NCBI GenBank assembly: GCA_964016885.1
Contig: OZ024745.1
Location: 43,772,001-43,836,000 of the forward strand
DNA length: 64,000 nt
Origin: Eledone cirrhosa
Taxonomy: Eukaryota
Direction of reading: 5' to 3'
Below are positions 26,700 through 38,759 of this stretch, in pieces (within the stretch, counting starts at the first letter, position 1; each line of letters opens with the position of its first letter). A model generated the notes under the pieces. It was not told the origin of the DNA, searched no databases, and was given only the letters and a program-made list of their open reading frames with translations. The position numbers were made by a program, and so were the translations under genes.

Positions 26700-28925
26700 T
26701 GGCCCAGTTCCCCCACACATCTTGAATCTACAATTTACCAAATGGGGCTACTACAGTGATGATACATCTCAACCATTCTTTAATTATGCCTACACACATA
26801 CAAAACACAATCCTCTCTAAACAATTATATTTTCCCACATTTTACCAGATATACCTGCAAAACAACTTCAAACTTAATTTTAAACAAACTAGGTAGCCTC
26901 GGTCAAATTTTCTATCCCTTCTTAATAACAACACCACAACATCAAATGCAACTAACCACCATCCTTAACAACAACCATAACTAAACCAACCATCTATGTG
27001 GTCACTCTACTAAAAATAGACACCAAACATTATCCTGTTATCATTAAAATAAATGGCTATACCATATAATCAAATCCTAGATATAAAATTAAGGTTCACA
27101 GAACTCAGTAACATCGCAATCATTAACAGACACTGCAGTAGATATATTCAATAAAATAATTGTAGATTATCCAAAAAGGCAACATGATAAAATACAACTC
27201 CAATTACATAACCAAAGTTACAAATGTGATAAAAACTAGAGGCAACCACAAGCAACACACCAACACTACAAAAAATAAAAAAAAAAGAACCAAAATCAGC
27301 ATCAAGGCAATATAGAAAATAAACTAAAGAATAGGAGAAAACTTGGCAAACATTTGTATCCAACAAACCACAAAACAAGCAGTAAAACATTATATAAAGT
27401 TAATTAGTTGCAAATCTAACAATGGCCACATCACATGTCACAATAACCACCTCGAATAACATACCCACACTAACAGCAAATAAAACTTACTTGAAAACTT
27501 TTCCAAAATTAGCCACTGAATACTACTCAAAATGCACAATATGTACTTTTGATGGCAACAACTGCTTCCTCTAATCAAACAACAGTAAATATATAGAGAA
27601 ATCCCAAGACTAAGGCCTCGGGGCTTCACAACACATACCTAAAATATTAAGACCTGAAGAAATTGCACTTAACACTGAAAAATTTTAAGAATCTGAGATC
27701 AGGAAAAAGATCACCCAGTTTTAAAGCTCAACAAGGTAACCCTAGGTTTGCATCTAGAAAGTTCCTCTCCAAGGTACAAGCCTGGGCAAGGTGTTCTTAG
27801 GAAGACCAGCAATCCTCCATGTTTGCCAGTTTCCTCTTTCCATGTCACTGATGTTGTCCAAGGGAAAAATAAAGACTGGTACAGCTTGACACCAGTGATG
27901 TTACAACTCAATTTTACCAGCTGAGTGGATTGGAACAACATGATATAAAGTGTCTTGCTCAAGGACACAATGCACTGCCTGGTTCAGGAATCAAACTCAC
28001 AATATTATGATTGTAAGCCCAATACTAAGCAATGTGCTTTCACTAAAGCCCAACATGACCTAACCAACATCACACAACCCTAATAATCTATCACCACCTT
28101 CAAAATCTTACATCTATTCCCACATATTCCTCTTCAACTTACAATGCAGGTTTCAGTAACAACAAAAACCCAAACACCAGCATTAGAAAAACTCTTGGCT
28201 CCACTCACCACTTATACACAGATGTAACACGAAAATACTAGGTATTAGTAAAACAGGAGAATCACAGGAAACTAGTGAAGCTCCGTGCTGACAAATAGTT
28301 ACACTCCTACAGCATGGCTACACCTACATCATACATGCATCTACCTGCCCAACCCCAACAAATACTAGACTTTTGAACAACACAATAATACATCACTTTT
28401 ATAAACACTGTAATTAAGCCTATGTAATATATAAAAAAACAACACACCTCCAGAATTTACAATTTCAACAAATGGAGTACCACAACAATCAATCCGCTCA
28501 CCCATTTATTTTAATATATTCACAGAATCTTCACACCTCCACACAACTTTATATCCTGACATCATATCTTCCAATTTTAAGACAGCTGTTCCAACTAACA
28601 TCAATCATATAGAAACCTAGCTTTAAAACAGATTTAAAGCAACACCTACCAAATTCATTGTCTCCCTTCTTACTAGCAATAGCAGTGAACACCAATGCAA
28701 CCAATCATCACAATCAATAACATGAATCTACCCCAAATACAAGACAAAAGTACTAGGTATTACACACAATAGTAAAACGAGAGAATCACAGGGAACTAGT
28801 GAAGTTCTGTTGACAAATAGTTACACTCCTATAAAATAAACATTGCACCTACACTCATACATACATACAACTGCCCAACCCTAACAAATATCTAGACATT
28901 TCAACAACACAATAATACATCACTC
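26700..28925 (+). mobile_element. Decayed Jockey/I-like LINE, interrupted by a SINE at about 27850-28045
   Basis: RT motif relics NGVPQQSIRSPIYFNIF (28471), YPDI and KVLGIT; A/C-rich sense strand. Confidence 0.65.
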
Positions 28926-29744
28926 AAAAACAATATATATATATAAAGGTCCAGCCCACACTAAAGTGGTCCTTGGCAAAAAGCACCCAGTCCACACTGT
29001 AAAGAGGTTGTGTGGGTGTCATGACAAAAAGCACCCAGTACTCACTATGAGGTTGACACTAGAAAGGGCATCTAGCTGTAGAAACAAAGCCAAAATTGGT
29101 TCTGTATAAGCATGACATGGTCACCTGACCTAGCACTGCTTCACAACAGGATAAATCATCTAACCCATGCAAGCATGGGAAAATGGTGATGAGATGTACA
29201 TATATATGTATGTTAGTTAAGTGTATAACCAGTTACAGATGGTGCACCACTTGAAGCACTCACCTTTACCTCCAACACCTCCATAGATTCAGCAATAAGA
29301 ACCATATCATGAGCACACAGGAGCTCCCAATCTATTGTCACTTGCCCATGGCATTATACTTCTTACCTTCTTCCTGTATGCTCTTCAGTCAAGTCAATAA
29401 CCAAAAGCCTTATTAGTGCTGATGTCACAATGAGCTGCTCCCAGTACCCTGTAAGGGTGGTTGGATGTTGAGAAGAGATTCTAATAGTAAAAGAAAAACA
29501 TGCCAAAAAATGCCCCCACAACAACCTGTAATCCAGCTTTAGAAACCAAAAAAAGGGTTGAGAAATCTCTTCAGCTAGTGTTAGTACCATGATAAAATAC
29601 ACAGTACGCTCTGCAGAGTGCAAGAACATATATATAGAGAGAGGTGGATTGTGGCCCATCTGATAGATCAATGGCTCTGATTAAGTATTGGGTAGATCTG
29701 TAACAACCCATGTAACTCTTGCAAGCAGGGAAAACAGATATATG

Positions 29745-29903
29745 ATAATTGTTTCTACATTACTGGTACTTTATTTTATCGACCCCGTAAGGATGAAGGG
29801 CAAAGTTAACTTCGGCGGGATTTGAACTCAGAATGGCAAGGGCCGTAACTATGCGTCAAAGCATGGCGTCCGACCCTCTACCGATACTGCCAATTCACCA
29901 CCC
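29745..29903 (-). mobile_element. SINE family Y with 18-bp target-site duplication
   Basis: AAACAGATATATGATAAT (29732-29749) versus AAACAGACATATGATAAT (29904-29921); inserted into the tail of an RTE-tailed element. Confidence 0.9.
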
Positions 29904-30069
29904 AAACAGACATATGATAATGATGATGAGACACCCACACACAACCAAACTAGCTACACTAAGTTCAAATTCTATGTCAAATTGCTATCTGGCACCATTA
30001 AACTTAACCTTGTCCTTGATCTTACAGTGGACACAAGAGTCTCTGAAAATATTTTATAATAAAGCAGAT

Positions 30070-30352
30070 GTCCCTTAACACTGTGCCCTACACAACTGGC
30101 TCATCAGGCTAGTACTTATCCTAGTTCCTTGATGTTAGCAACTGAGAGTACAAGACTTCTCACTGGACAAGAACCAGTCCATCATAGGGTTAACTCCCCA
30201 GTTACTGCTGGTATTCCTTTTCAGTGTACTGGAGCAACATAAAATTAATTGTTTTGCACAAGAACACAATGTGGCATCCTGCCCAGGAATCAAACCCACA
30301 ACATTATGATTGCAGGTCCAATGTGATAACCACTAGGTGATGCACCTTCACT
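30070..30352 (-). mobile_element. tRNA-derived SINE, homologous to 27850-28045
   Basis: Shared TG..TTGC.CAAG.ACACAATG...CAGGAATCAAAC.CACAA.ATTATGATTG; reverse-strand B-box-like GTTTGATTCC. Confidence 0.7.
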
Positions 30353-30702
30353 AGTATGTAAAACTTAGAGATAGGTTGTTCATCAATGTTCAGTTAACTT
30401 CCACTATAGGTTTGCCAAGTGGAGCTGACCAGAACTCTTCAACAACAATTAAAGATAATCTACTCAACTAAATTACTTGATAACATTTAATATAAATTGC
30501 AGTCTTAAGTAGACTTTTTAAGTCTTAGAAAATTGTTACCAGACTAGATACTGACATATGCCAAGTATAATATGCAAATCTTACCAAGTGGAACAACCCA
30601 GCCTTACACTCACTGTGCACCACTTCTTTTAACTCCAGTCAAGCTGTGAAAAATATTTTCTAAAATCTCTAAAAATCTCTAAAAGATTTTCTAAAATCTC
30701 TA

Positions 30703-30970
30703 AAAGTGGTAGTGTTGGTAACATGTTCAAATCCTTCTAGTACACACTGTAAAGTGGTCATGTTGGTACTACAATAAAACACACACAGGCCCCTCTGTAA
30801 AATGGTTATGCTGGTGCCATAATAAAAAATAAATAAATAAATAAAAAACAGCCAGCCCACTCTGAGGTACTGATGCTACAATAAAATGCTCCCAGTATAT
30901 GCTGTAAAGTGGTTGGCATTAAGAAAGACACTTCACCATAGAAAACAAGCCAAAAACAGGATGTATGAAT
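30703..30970 (+). mobile_element. Modular SINE-like element with four ~48-bp modules
   Basis: Four TGGT.C.AC.ATAAAA..C.C.CAG.AC.CT.TGTAAAGTGGT-type units before GGCATTAAGAAAGAC. Confidence 0.7.
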
Positions 30971-31864
30971 GCCTAAATTAATTTATGATTTTACAAGACA
31001 AAACTAACATCAGTCTATACTTTATGTATTAAGGAGCAGTTAGACAATAAAAATTGATTTGATCCTATTACAGCAAGTCAAGCAAAAGTCTAACATACCA
31101 TTATTATTGGTTTCTGATTTAGGCCCACGGCCAGCAATTTTTTGAGAGGAGAAAGTTAATTAATTTGAGCCTAGTGCATTACTGGTACTATATTTTATGG
31201 ACCCCGTAAAGATGAAAGGCAAAGCTATCATTGGTGGGATTTAAACTCAGAACGTAAAGGGATGTAACTATGCTATAAAGCATATTGTCCGATACTCTTC
31301 TGATATTGCCAAACCAATATTATTATTAAAAAGGAATAACATCCAATGATCAGTTAATTGACGAGGAATTGAAATGTAAAAATATAATAATGTATAAAAA
31401 GAACAGTATTAGACTTACCAGTAGATATTTTAGCTTAAAGAATGTTTAAGAATATTCTAAAACTTGTTAAAATTGTGAGTGATTCAATTTTTCCCTTTCC
31501 TCCAAATTAACATATGTCTCATAAGATAGACAGTGAAATAAACCTTAAATTATACATTTAAGATAAACAAAATTTAACAAGATTAACTTGCTATTTATTT
31601 CAGAAACATTGATTAACTGAATTCATAATAGCCAGGCCAAGAAGACATTGTTCAGAGAACCACCAATTTGTCTCATAACAAAGAAAAGGGTCATTTATGT
31701 TTTGTTATCAGAAAAAGCAGCTGCAAATATGTTTAGACAATCATACTTTTGCAATTATATTAAAGAGTTAATATATATATATATATATATATAAACACAT
31801 ACACACATATATCTATATATATACATATATAAACACATACACATATATATATATATATACATAC

Positions 31865-32266
31865 TAAAAGCCGACCTTACCCAATTACACCTCTCAAAGG
31901 CGATGACACACGACCGTGACCTCTGGCGTCACGCAGTAATACAGAGTACCCGACCTCCCATGGGTACAAGCTGAAGCATATAGACAATATGCCCCCCCCC
32001 CCCACACTGCAAGGTGGTCGTGGAGGTGCCACGGCAAAAAAGCACCCAGCCCACACTGTAAAGTGGACGTGTCGGCGCCACGAAAAAGCACCCAGCACTC
32101 ACTGTAAATGAGGTTGGTGTTAGGAAGGGCATCCAGCTGTAGAAATCAAGCCAAAATCAGTTCCTGTATGAACAAGGCATGGTCAGCCGACCAGACACTC
32201 CCCACAACAGGACAACCTGTCTAACCCATGCTAGCGTGGAAGAACGGACGTAAAATGGTGATGATA
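31865..32266 (+). mobile_element. CpG-rich, apparently young modular RTE-tailed element
   Basis: GGTGCCACGGCAAAAAAGCACCCAG-type modules, AGGAAGGGCATCCAGCTGTAGAAA, tail AACCCATGCTAGCGTGGAAGAACGGACGTAAAATGGTGATGAT. Colinear with 28948-29195. Confidence 0.82.
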
Positions 32267-33114
32267 CATATCTGTGTGGGCTGTACTCTATATACTTAGC
32301 CTTGAATCTGTTCAGGAATGAAACAAGAGAATAGATTAAATTATTGGATACTTCTAGTTTTAATTTCATTTGATCATCAGCTCAGGTTTTTTAAAAAAAA
32401 ACCTTGAGAAAAATAAATCTTTGGCATTATATATAACAGCAGATACAGTGTGCATGCATGACTGAATTTATGTACACACGCACACAATCATTTCAGGTTA
32501 GGTCAGTCAATATACAAAAAGAATCTTAAAATAGGACAAAAAAAAGAAATACTTAGTAAACTTCTCCTTTGATAAAAAATTTTATACCATCACAATTTAA
32601 AAAAAGAAAATCCAAGCCTTTGCTTTTTGTCTAGTTGTCACTCCTGTGTACCTACCTACTTCACTATACTCTGACAATTTCCTCTATTCAGGTTACTCAT
32701 AAAACACATTAATTTTTGCATTCCCATTACCTAGTTAATTGCAGCTTGTCTAGTAAAGAAACTTAGTTTAAATCTCTTTATATATTCAGTTGTAATAGCA
32801 ATTTTTTTTCTTTTCTTTCTAAGCAAATGAATTACAAACTGCTAAAATTACAGACTGCATAGTTTGTAAAGTTAAAACAACCAAGAAACCTTTGAATGAT
32901 AATAACAATGAAAAGGTCTGTGACCTTGCGCAAGACAGCCTTTCATGACCAATCCTTAAACAGTATTCTTTTTTTTTATTTTTTTTATTTTTTGGAAATA
33001 TCAAGATCTGATAGCATGTACAACAGAGGTTTGTAATCCCTCACATTCCCCTTTCTATCTCATTAGTACTTTTTATCTTTTGCTACAAACTCTCAGTTCC
33101 TTTTTTCATACATA

Positions 33115-33335
33115 TTTATTATTATTATTAATAATAGTCTTATTACTTGTTAGCATGCCATTACTGAGCACAGCTCAGTGTACCTTGGTTATGTGCAGTA
33201 TCGTTTTCCATGTTATTTCTATTGTATTAAAACTACTTTGTAAAATGTGTGCAGTGCCATGTAGTGTTATTTTCTGTATACTGTATGTATTTGTAAGTCC
33301 TGGGGTTTTGGTGATGTATCTGTCTGGAATGACTC
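33115..33335 (-). mobile_element. R4/Dong-like non-LTR retrotransposon 3' end with (TAA)n tail
   Basis: DRYITKTPGLTNTYSIQKITLHGTAHILQ resembles the R4-clade terminal QK..LLGTA.I.R motif; followed on the minus strand by TAATAATAATAA. Confidence 0.7.
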
Positions 33336-34101
33336 AAATTATATAGGTCTACTCAAAAAGGCATTGTTGTATCCAATAATTTATTATAGCTATGAATGCC
33401 AGTTTTACAGCAACATTTCACTGAGAAAAGCCAAATAGTATATCAACAAATATTAACCATACTTGGTTTCTCAAACTAGATTATCTACTTCATTGAATAA
33501 TTTGTATATTTTTTATTTTATTTTATTTTTTATAGCAAAACAATTTATAGTGTGAATATTCACTTGGACTATAATAGAAGTTTCAAAATCTCTTCATATG
33601 AAACTACCTGAAAACTTGGTTCTAGAATACAAAGCTGTTTATATTTAAAATACCTTCCCTCATAATTTTATGAGAGAACCTTTAAGCTGTTTTTCAAACA
33701 CCAACTTCATGAGAAAGTTAGTTATATTACTAAATCCTTCCAAATTCTTATTTTCAAAAGGATTAAAGAACCTAGTAGCTAGAAATAATGACAAAATAAT
33801 GAGTAGAATCTAGTTAGTGTGCTGCATACGCAATGTTACATGAATATAAATATTTAGTGTGAATGGTTGAGCTTTAAAAGTTGTTTGTGGGTAGTATAAA
33901 CAGTAAGAGTAGACCATAAAAGACATGAAGCAATAATTTAATCAGACCTGAGAATGTTGTGCTATACAAAAAAGATTACTCTGGATCAAGGTGCATAAAG
34001 AGCTCTCAAACCCACCCCTACAGATGAATCAATATGAGTTTTTAAATGGTCACTCAAGTCAGAAATAGCAGTCAAATTAACCCTTAAATGCACCTACTGG
34101 C

Positions 34102-34140
<39 letters not shown>

Positions 34141-35673
34141 TGGATAATAAGATGTGATCATCATAACAGGAATAGCTTCTATCATGGGTGTGCTAAAACA
34201 AAGGTTGACCTGGAAATAAACATTACTACCACACCCATTTGAAACTAACAAAGAATGAGAAATCAAATATTTTCTCATAATTCATACAACAGATATAGAA
34301 AGTTAATAAGGCTAAAAAGGAAAAAGCTAAATCAAAAAATATATTTAATATTATTCTACACTACATTTTTCTGAAGATCATTTTTATATCTGTTTTCACT
34401 GGCATAGGTTGGACAACTTGTCACAGTCAGAGACCAGACAGGTCAAAGTGACCTCATCATACATTCCATATTTGACACGGTTTCTACAGCTGGATACCCT
34501 TTCAAAGACCAATCACCATGCAGTGCGTACTGAGTACATTTTATGTATATGCCAAGTGGGACAGATTGAAGGTGGTAGGCAGCTTGCTATTTCAAAAGAG
34601 CAAAGTCATTGTAGTAGCATCAAAAACAGAAATAGCATGCCTCTGAGCAAGTGTAGCACATTAAGTGAATCTTTGCCAATGAACCAAATGGTCTTTAGAT
34701 GCAGAGAAGGATGTTTGCTTGTAGCAACAACACCACAGATATGCGAGTAAAACTACAAAGTGGGCTTTATTTGAACTTTAAAAGATTGAGAGCAAAAGAA
34801 TTTTCTGGTTATGAAAAAAAATCCTAGTCTTTGACGTAATTTTGAAAATGTGGGGTAACCACAAGACATCATCAGTAATTGTGTAGCCTTAAGCTAATTT
34901 ACTGATTTCCAAAGTTATAGCAGAGCTGTCAAGCAAATCATTCCATATATATATTAGCTAAAAATATAGTTTGAAATATTGGAGATGTATCACATAGAAA
35001 GCAGTTTGTTTTAAACTGCAGTATTTGAAAAGGATTAATATATATTTTACAATTAATAATACTCAATAAAAATAACATAAGAGCCGTTTATTCCAAAATG
35101 TTTAACACTGAATCATTTCAATGATAAAACTTATTTCTTTACATTATTGTTTACATACAGTAAACATCAATCAGCTTGAATTTTTACTGTCATACATTCC
35201 ATATGTTGGACAAACACAAACATTTGTTATTTTATTATGAAAACAAACAGTTCATTCATTGCATGTCCATATCCTTCTTTAATGAGGAACTCAGATTCAC
35301 ATTTTATATACTGTAGATTATACCCATTTATTTATCAACACTATTTGCTTTCTCTGCTCATATTTCATAAGTAGAAAATAAAACACTACTACCTTTTAAA
35401 TATATGCTTGTTAATTATGAAGAAAAATTGCAAAAACTAAATTTTAATGACAAGATCATCTAAAGATTATAAAATAGCTTGATAAGTATATTTATATATA
35501 TATAATTAAATAAGTTTAACAAGAAAGACAAAAAGGTAAATGGACCTCTGTCAGTTTTAATAAGTATACCCCTGACACAAGAACCCATAAAAATTCTTGG
35601 GGAGATGCAGTATGACATGGCTGGCCTTTTGACTTACATATGCAGTCTGTCTAATGGGCTTTCAAACTATTTC

Positions 35674-35899
35674 CATCTAGCCAATTTTACTCAAGTCTTG
35701 TGTTGACATGAGGCTATGGTAAAAGACACATCTAGCCAATTTTACTCACAAGCCTCGGGTTGACCTGAAGCTATGGTAAAAGACCCATCCCCCCAATTTT
35801 ATTCACAAGTCTGGGGTTGACTTGAGGCTGTGGTAAAAGACCCATCTACCCAATTTTATTCATATATCTTGGGTTGACCCGAGATTATGGTAAAAAACA
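35674..35899. repeat. Four-copy 55-57-bp tandem repeat inside a CORE-type SINE
   Basis: Units start at 35674, 35729, 35786 and 35843; consensus CATCTAGCCAATTTTACTCACAAGTCTTGGGTTGACCTGAGGCTATGGTAAAAGACC. Confidence 0.92.
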
Positions 35900-37456
35900 A
35901 TGGAACTAAACTTGGAACCTTATGACTGACATTAATTTCTTAACCTCTCAGCCGTCATAAGTCTATAAAATAACTTCAAGAAATCAATCAGTAAATACCC
36001 CTTATTCCTAAAATGATTAACAATTATAATGAATCAATTTATTTTAAAATACAAAATAAATACTTTTTGCATGTAATAATGATCTAATTTCAACAATGTC
36101 TGCAACACATAATATATACAAAAATCTTCAAAACATTTTCCAGGAAATATTTAGAATTAATTCTTTCCCCTTGTGTAACTCATTCATGAAATTAAACCTT
36201 TCCATAAAATTTTATTTTTAATGTGATGCCAACATGTGGTTAGTACAGCATGTCAAGAGTACAGCATGTCAAGAGTTAAACATCTTTTTAAGGTGATAAA
36301 TTTTAATTTATAGGAAATTTAACTGCTATGTCTAGCAGATTAAACAATCACACAGACTTGTTGACTCATCTTTTTTAATAAGGGAATTGAAATGTGGAGA
36401 TATTTTTGCTTTGTCTATGCTCTCAATACTTTTTTTTTTCAAAAAGTGCAGAGGCATCCAATTCAATGTAAACTAGTCACATGTTTTAGACTTTTATGTA
36501 CTTCTTTGAATGACTGACTGGTAAACCTAAGCAAGCTCTATTTGTCATCAGCCACAACCACAATGATAATTGCAATAGAAATGGTTTAGATATTTCTGCT
36601 GCTATCTTATCTTATTCAGGCAAGATAATCTTACAGCAATCTTGGAGATTATCTTAATTATATCATCAAAGATAAAATTATATCTATTTCAGCATAAGCA
36701 TTGAGAAAGCAGCAGGAAAGCAATAAAAACAAAAAAAAAATCCACAATATTTGCTGAATAGAAAAATGCACTAGTTAACTAATAAAAGTACTTCATAAAC
36801 ATGCTATGCTACCTATCAGAAATATAAGGATGGTACTCTTGAAGAACAAAAGGAATTGAAATAATACTGAAAGAAAAATTAAAAAACAAATGATTTTTGG
36901 ATAAAAACCAAACTGTAGAAAGAATATTAATCTAGAAGGAAGGAGTAATTGCTGTACAGGTTATCTGTACAAAATGAGAGCTACCTTAATCAGCCAGTGT
37001 ATTCAACTAATAATCAATAAGTTCCAGATCTATTTTAATATTTTCCACAAAACAAAGACTAATAGATGGCAAAATCAGTAGAAATCTGGACAAAATGCCT
37101 TGTAGCATTTAGCTATGTCCCTATATATTGTTCAAATTCTATCTTTGTAGACTTTAACTTTTATCTGTCTGGGGTTTAATAAAATAAATTCCAGTTAAAC
37201 AATGTTGTCAATTAACACAACTACACCTCATCCCATTAAAATGTGGCCTTGTGCCAAAGTTAGAAATCAATATTTTCAATTAAATAGCTAGATAGTTTAC
37301 AGGCTAATGATATAGACAATGTAGACATACTGTTAAAAGGAAACTAACATTGGTAATAAGTAATGTACACCATGAAATTTTAGTTTTTTAAATATTTAAA
37401 TATAGCTTTAACAACCCTTAAATTAGATGTTAAAATTCTGTTTGTTAGCCTTTAAC

Positions 37457-37665
37457 TTAACTGTTAAGCATTTACATTACTATTATATTTTCATGGTAAA
37501 GGCTTTATCTCACATAATTATCTCTATGGAATCTATGAGATTTTGATATTTATTTTGAGAACAATACCTTAATGTCAGTATGAGTGGCCGGTTATGGCCA
37601 ATTTGAGCAGAAATAGGTTAGAGAATTCTGGCTGGATATGGCCGGTTTAAATGCTAATGGGTTAA
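37457..37665 (+). mobile_element. TTAA MITE family A, copy 3
   Basis: Same interior as 851-1061; ends TAAATGCTAATGGG-TTAA. Confidence 0.85.
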
Positions 37666-37928
37666 TCCTCAATGAAGGCTGCACAAACAGGGGGCAGTCT
37701 ATAAAAGTCAAATTAGACTGAAAACATCAATAAAGAGAAATATTTAAAGCTATATACATAGAATATATATGTAATGAAATAAGTTATTAAAATAATATAA
37801 CATTACAGAATTAGTTTATATGATGAAAGTAAATGAATAAATACCACAAGCTAATTGATATTGGCACATTCCTGATTCATTAACATCTAAATTATTTGCA
37901 AACAAGGTTTTGACTGGATACTCTATGA

Positions 37929-38759
37929 TATGATGTACTGGCCAGACAAGAGTACAAGTCACATGAAAAGTGGAAAAGATGAAAATAAATTAGTTTTTAT
38001 GATACAAGAACTAATTACTTCACTACTAAAATGTCCTGGGCAAAATCTACTTGACACTAAAAAAAAAAAAAATGCTCCAAATGTTTTACATAAAATATTC
38101 ATCTGTAACTATTTAAACTTTTTACTAAGCTTTATGGAATTGTGTCATCACAGAAAACTATTTTTTCACAGTGTGTGATATATAACTTATTATAGTTACT
38201 GCTAGCTACTGAGTAGACCATTAGTGACAGCTAGTTACAATATGTCAAAACCCAAATATCTCTTCATTCCAACTCATTTCTTTTCTAAGTACTATCTTGT
38301 GTAAAGCAAAAGAAAATATTACAAATTACTTCATATTCAGAATGTCTTGCAGATATAACAGCCAGCTTATACTTCGCTCTTTCAACGCTTATAGCAAACC
38401 AATGTAATGATTTAATAAAGTGTGTATCTTGTATAAAACAAAACTATATCTCTTTTCAGTGCCCCTTGTATAAAAAAAAACTATATCTCATTCTTCAAGG
38501 TGTAATTGTGTTTCCACGGGAAAAAGTGGAATATAAATGAATATATGGAAGTATCTTTGAATCATATATATAATTTGATATATTTACAGTATCAACTACC
38601 TTTAAATGACATACTTATCTCCAAAAACAATTAGTAAAATCAATTTGAGAATTTTAAAATGAACCTTTAACTACTACTTATGCAACCACTAGGTCAAGGG
38701 ATCTTTAGAAGTAGCTTAAATGTAATTAACTTATCCTCTTGTCTGGCCAGTACATCATA
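37929..38759. repeat. Inverted repeat pair with a perfect 24-bp core
   Basis: TATGATGTACTGGCCAGACAAGAG (37929-37952) and CTCTTGTCTGGCCAGTACATCATA (38736-38759). Confidence 0.92.

Noticed and set aside
31392-31530. Alternative coding exon ending at a strong minus-strand G|GTAAGT donor
   Set aside because: Stops in all frames, no myosin similarity and no convincing acceptor.
35674-35899. CRISPR-like array (also the 48-bp modules elsewhere)
   Set aside because: Head-to-tail units with no unique spacers, SINE-derived, eukaryotic context, no cas genes.
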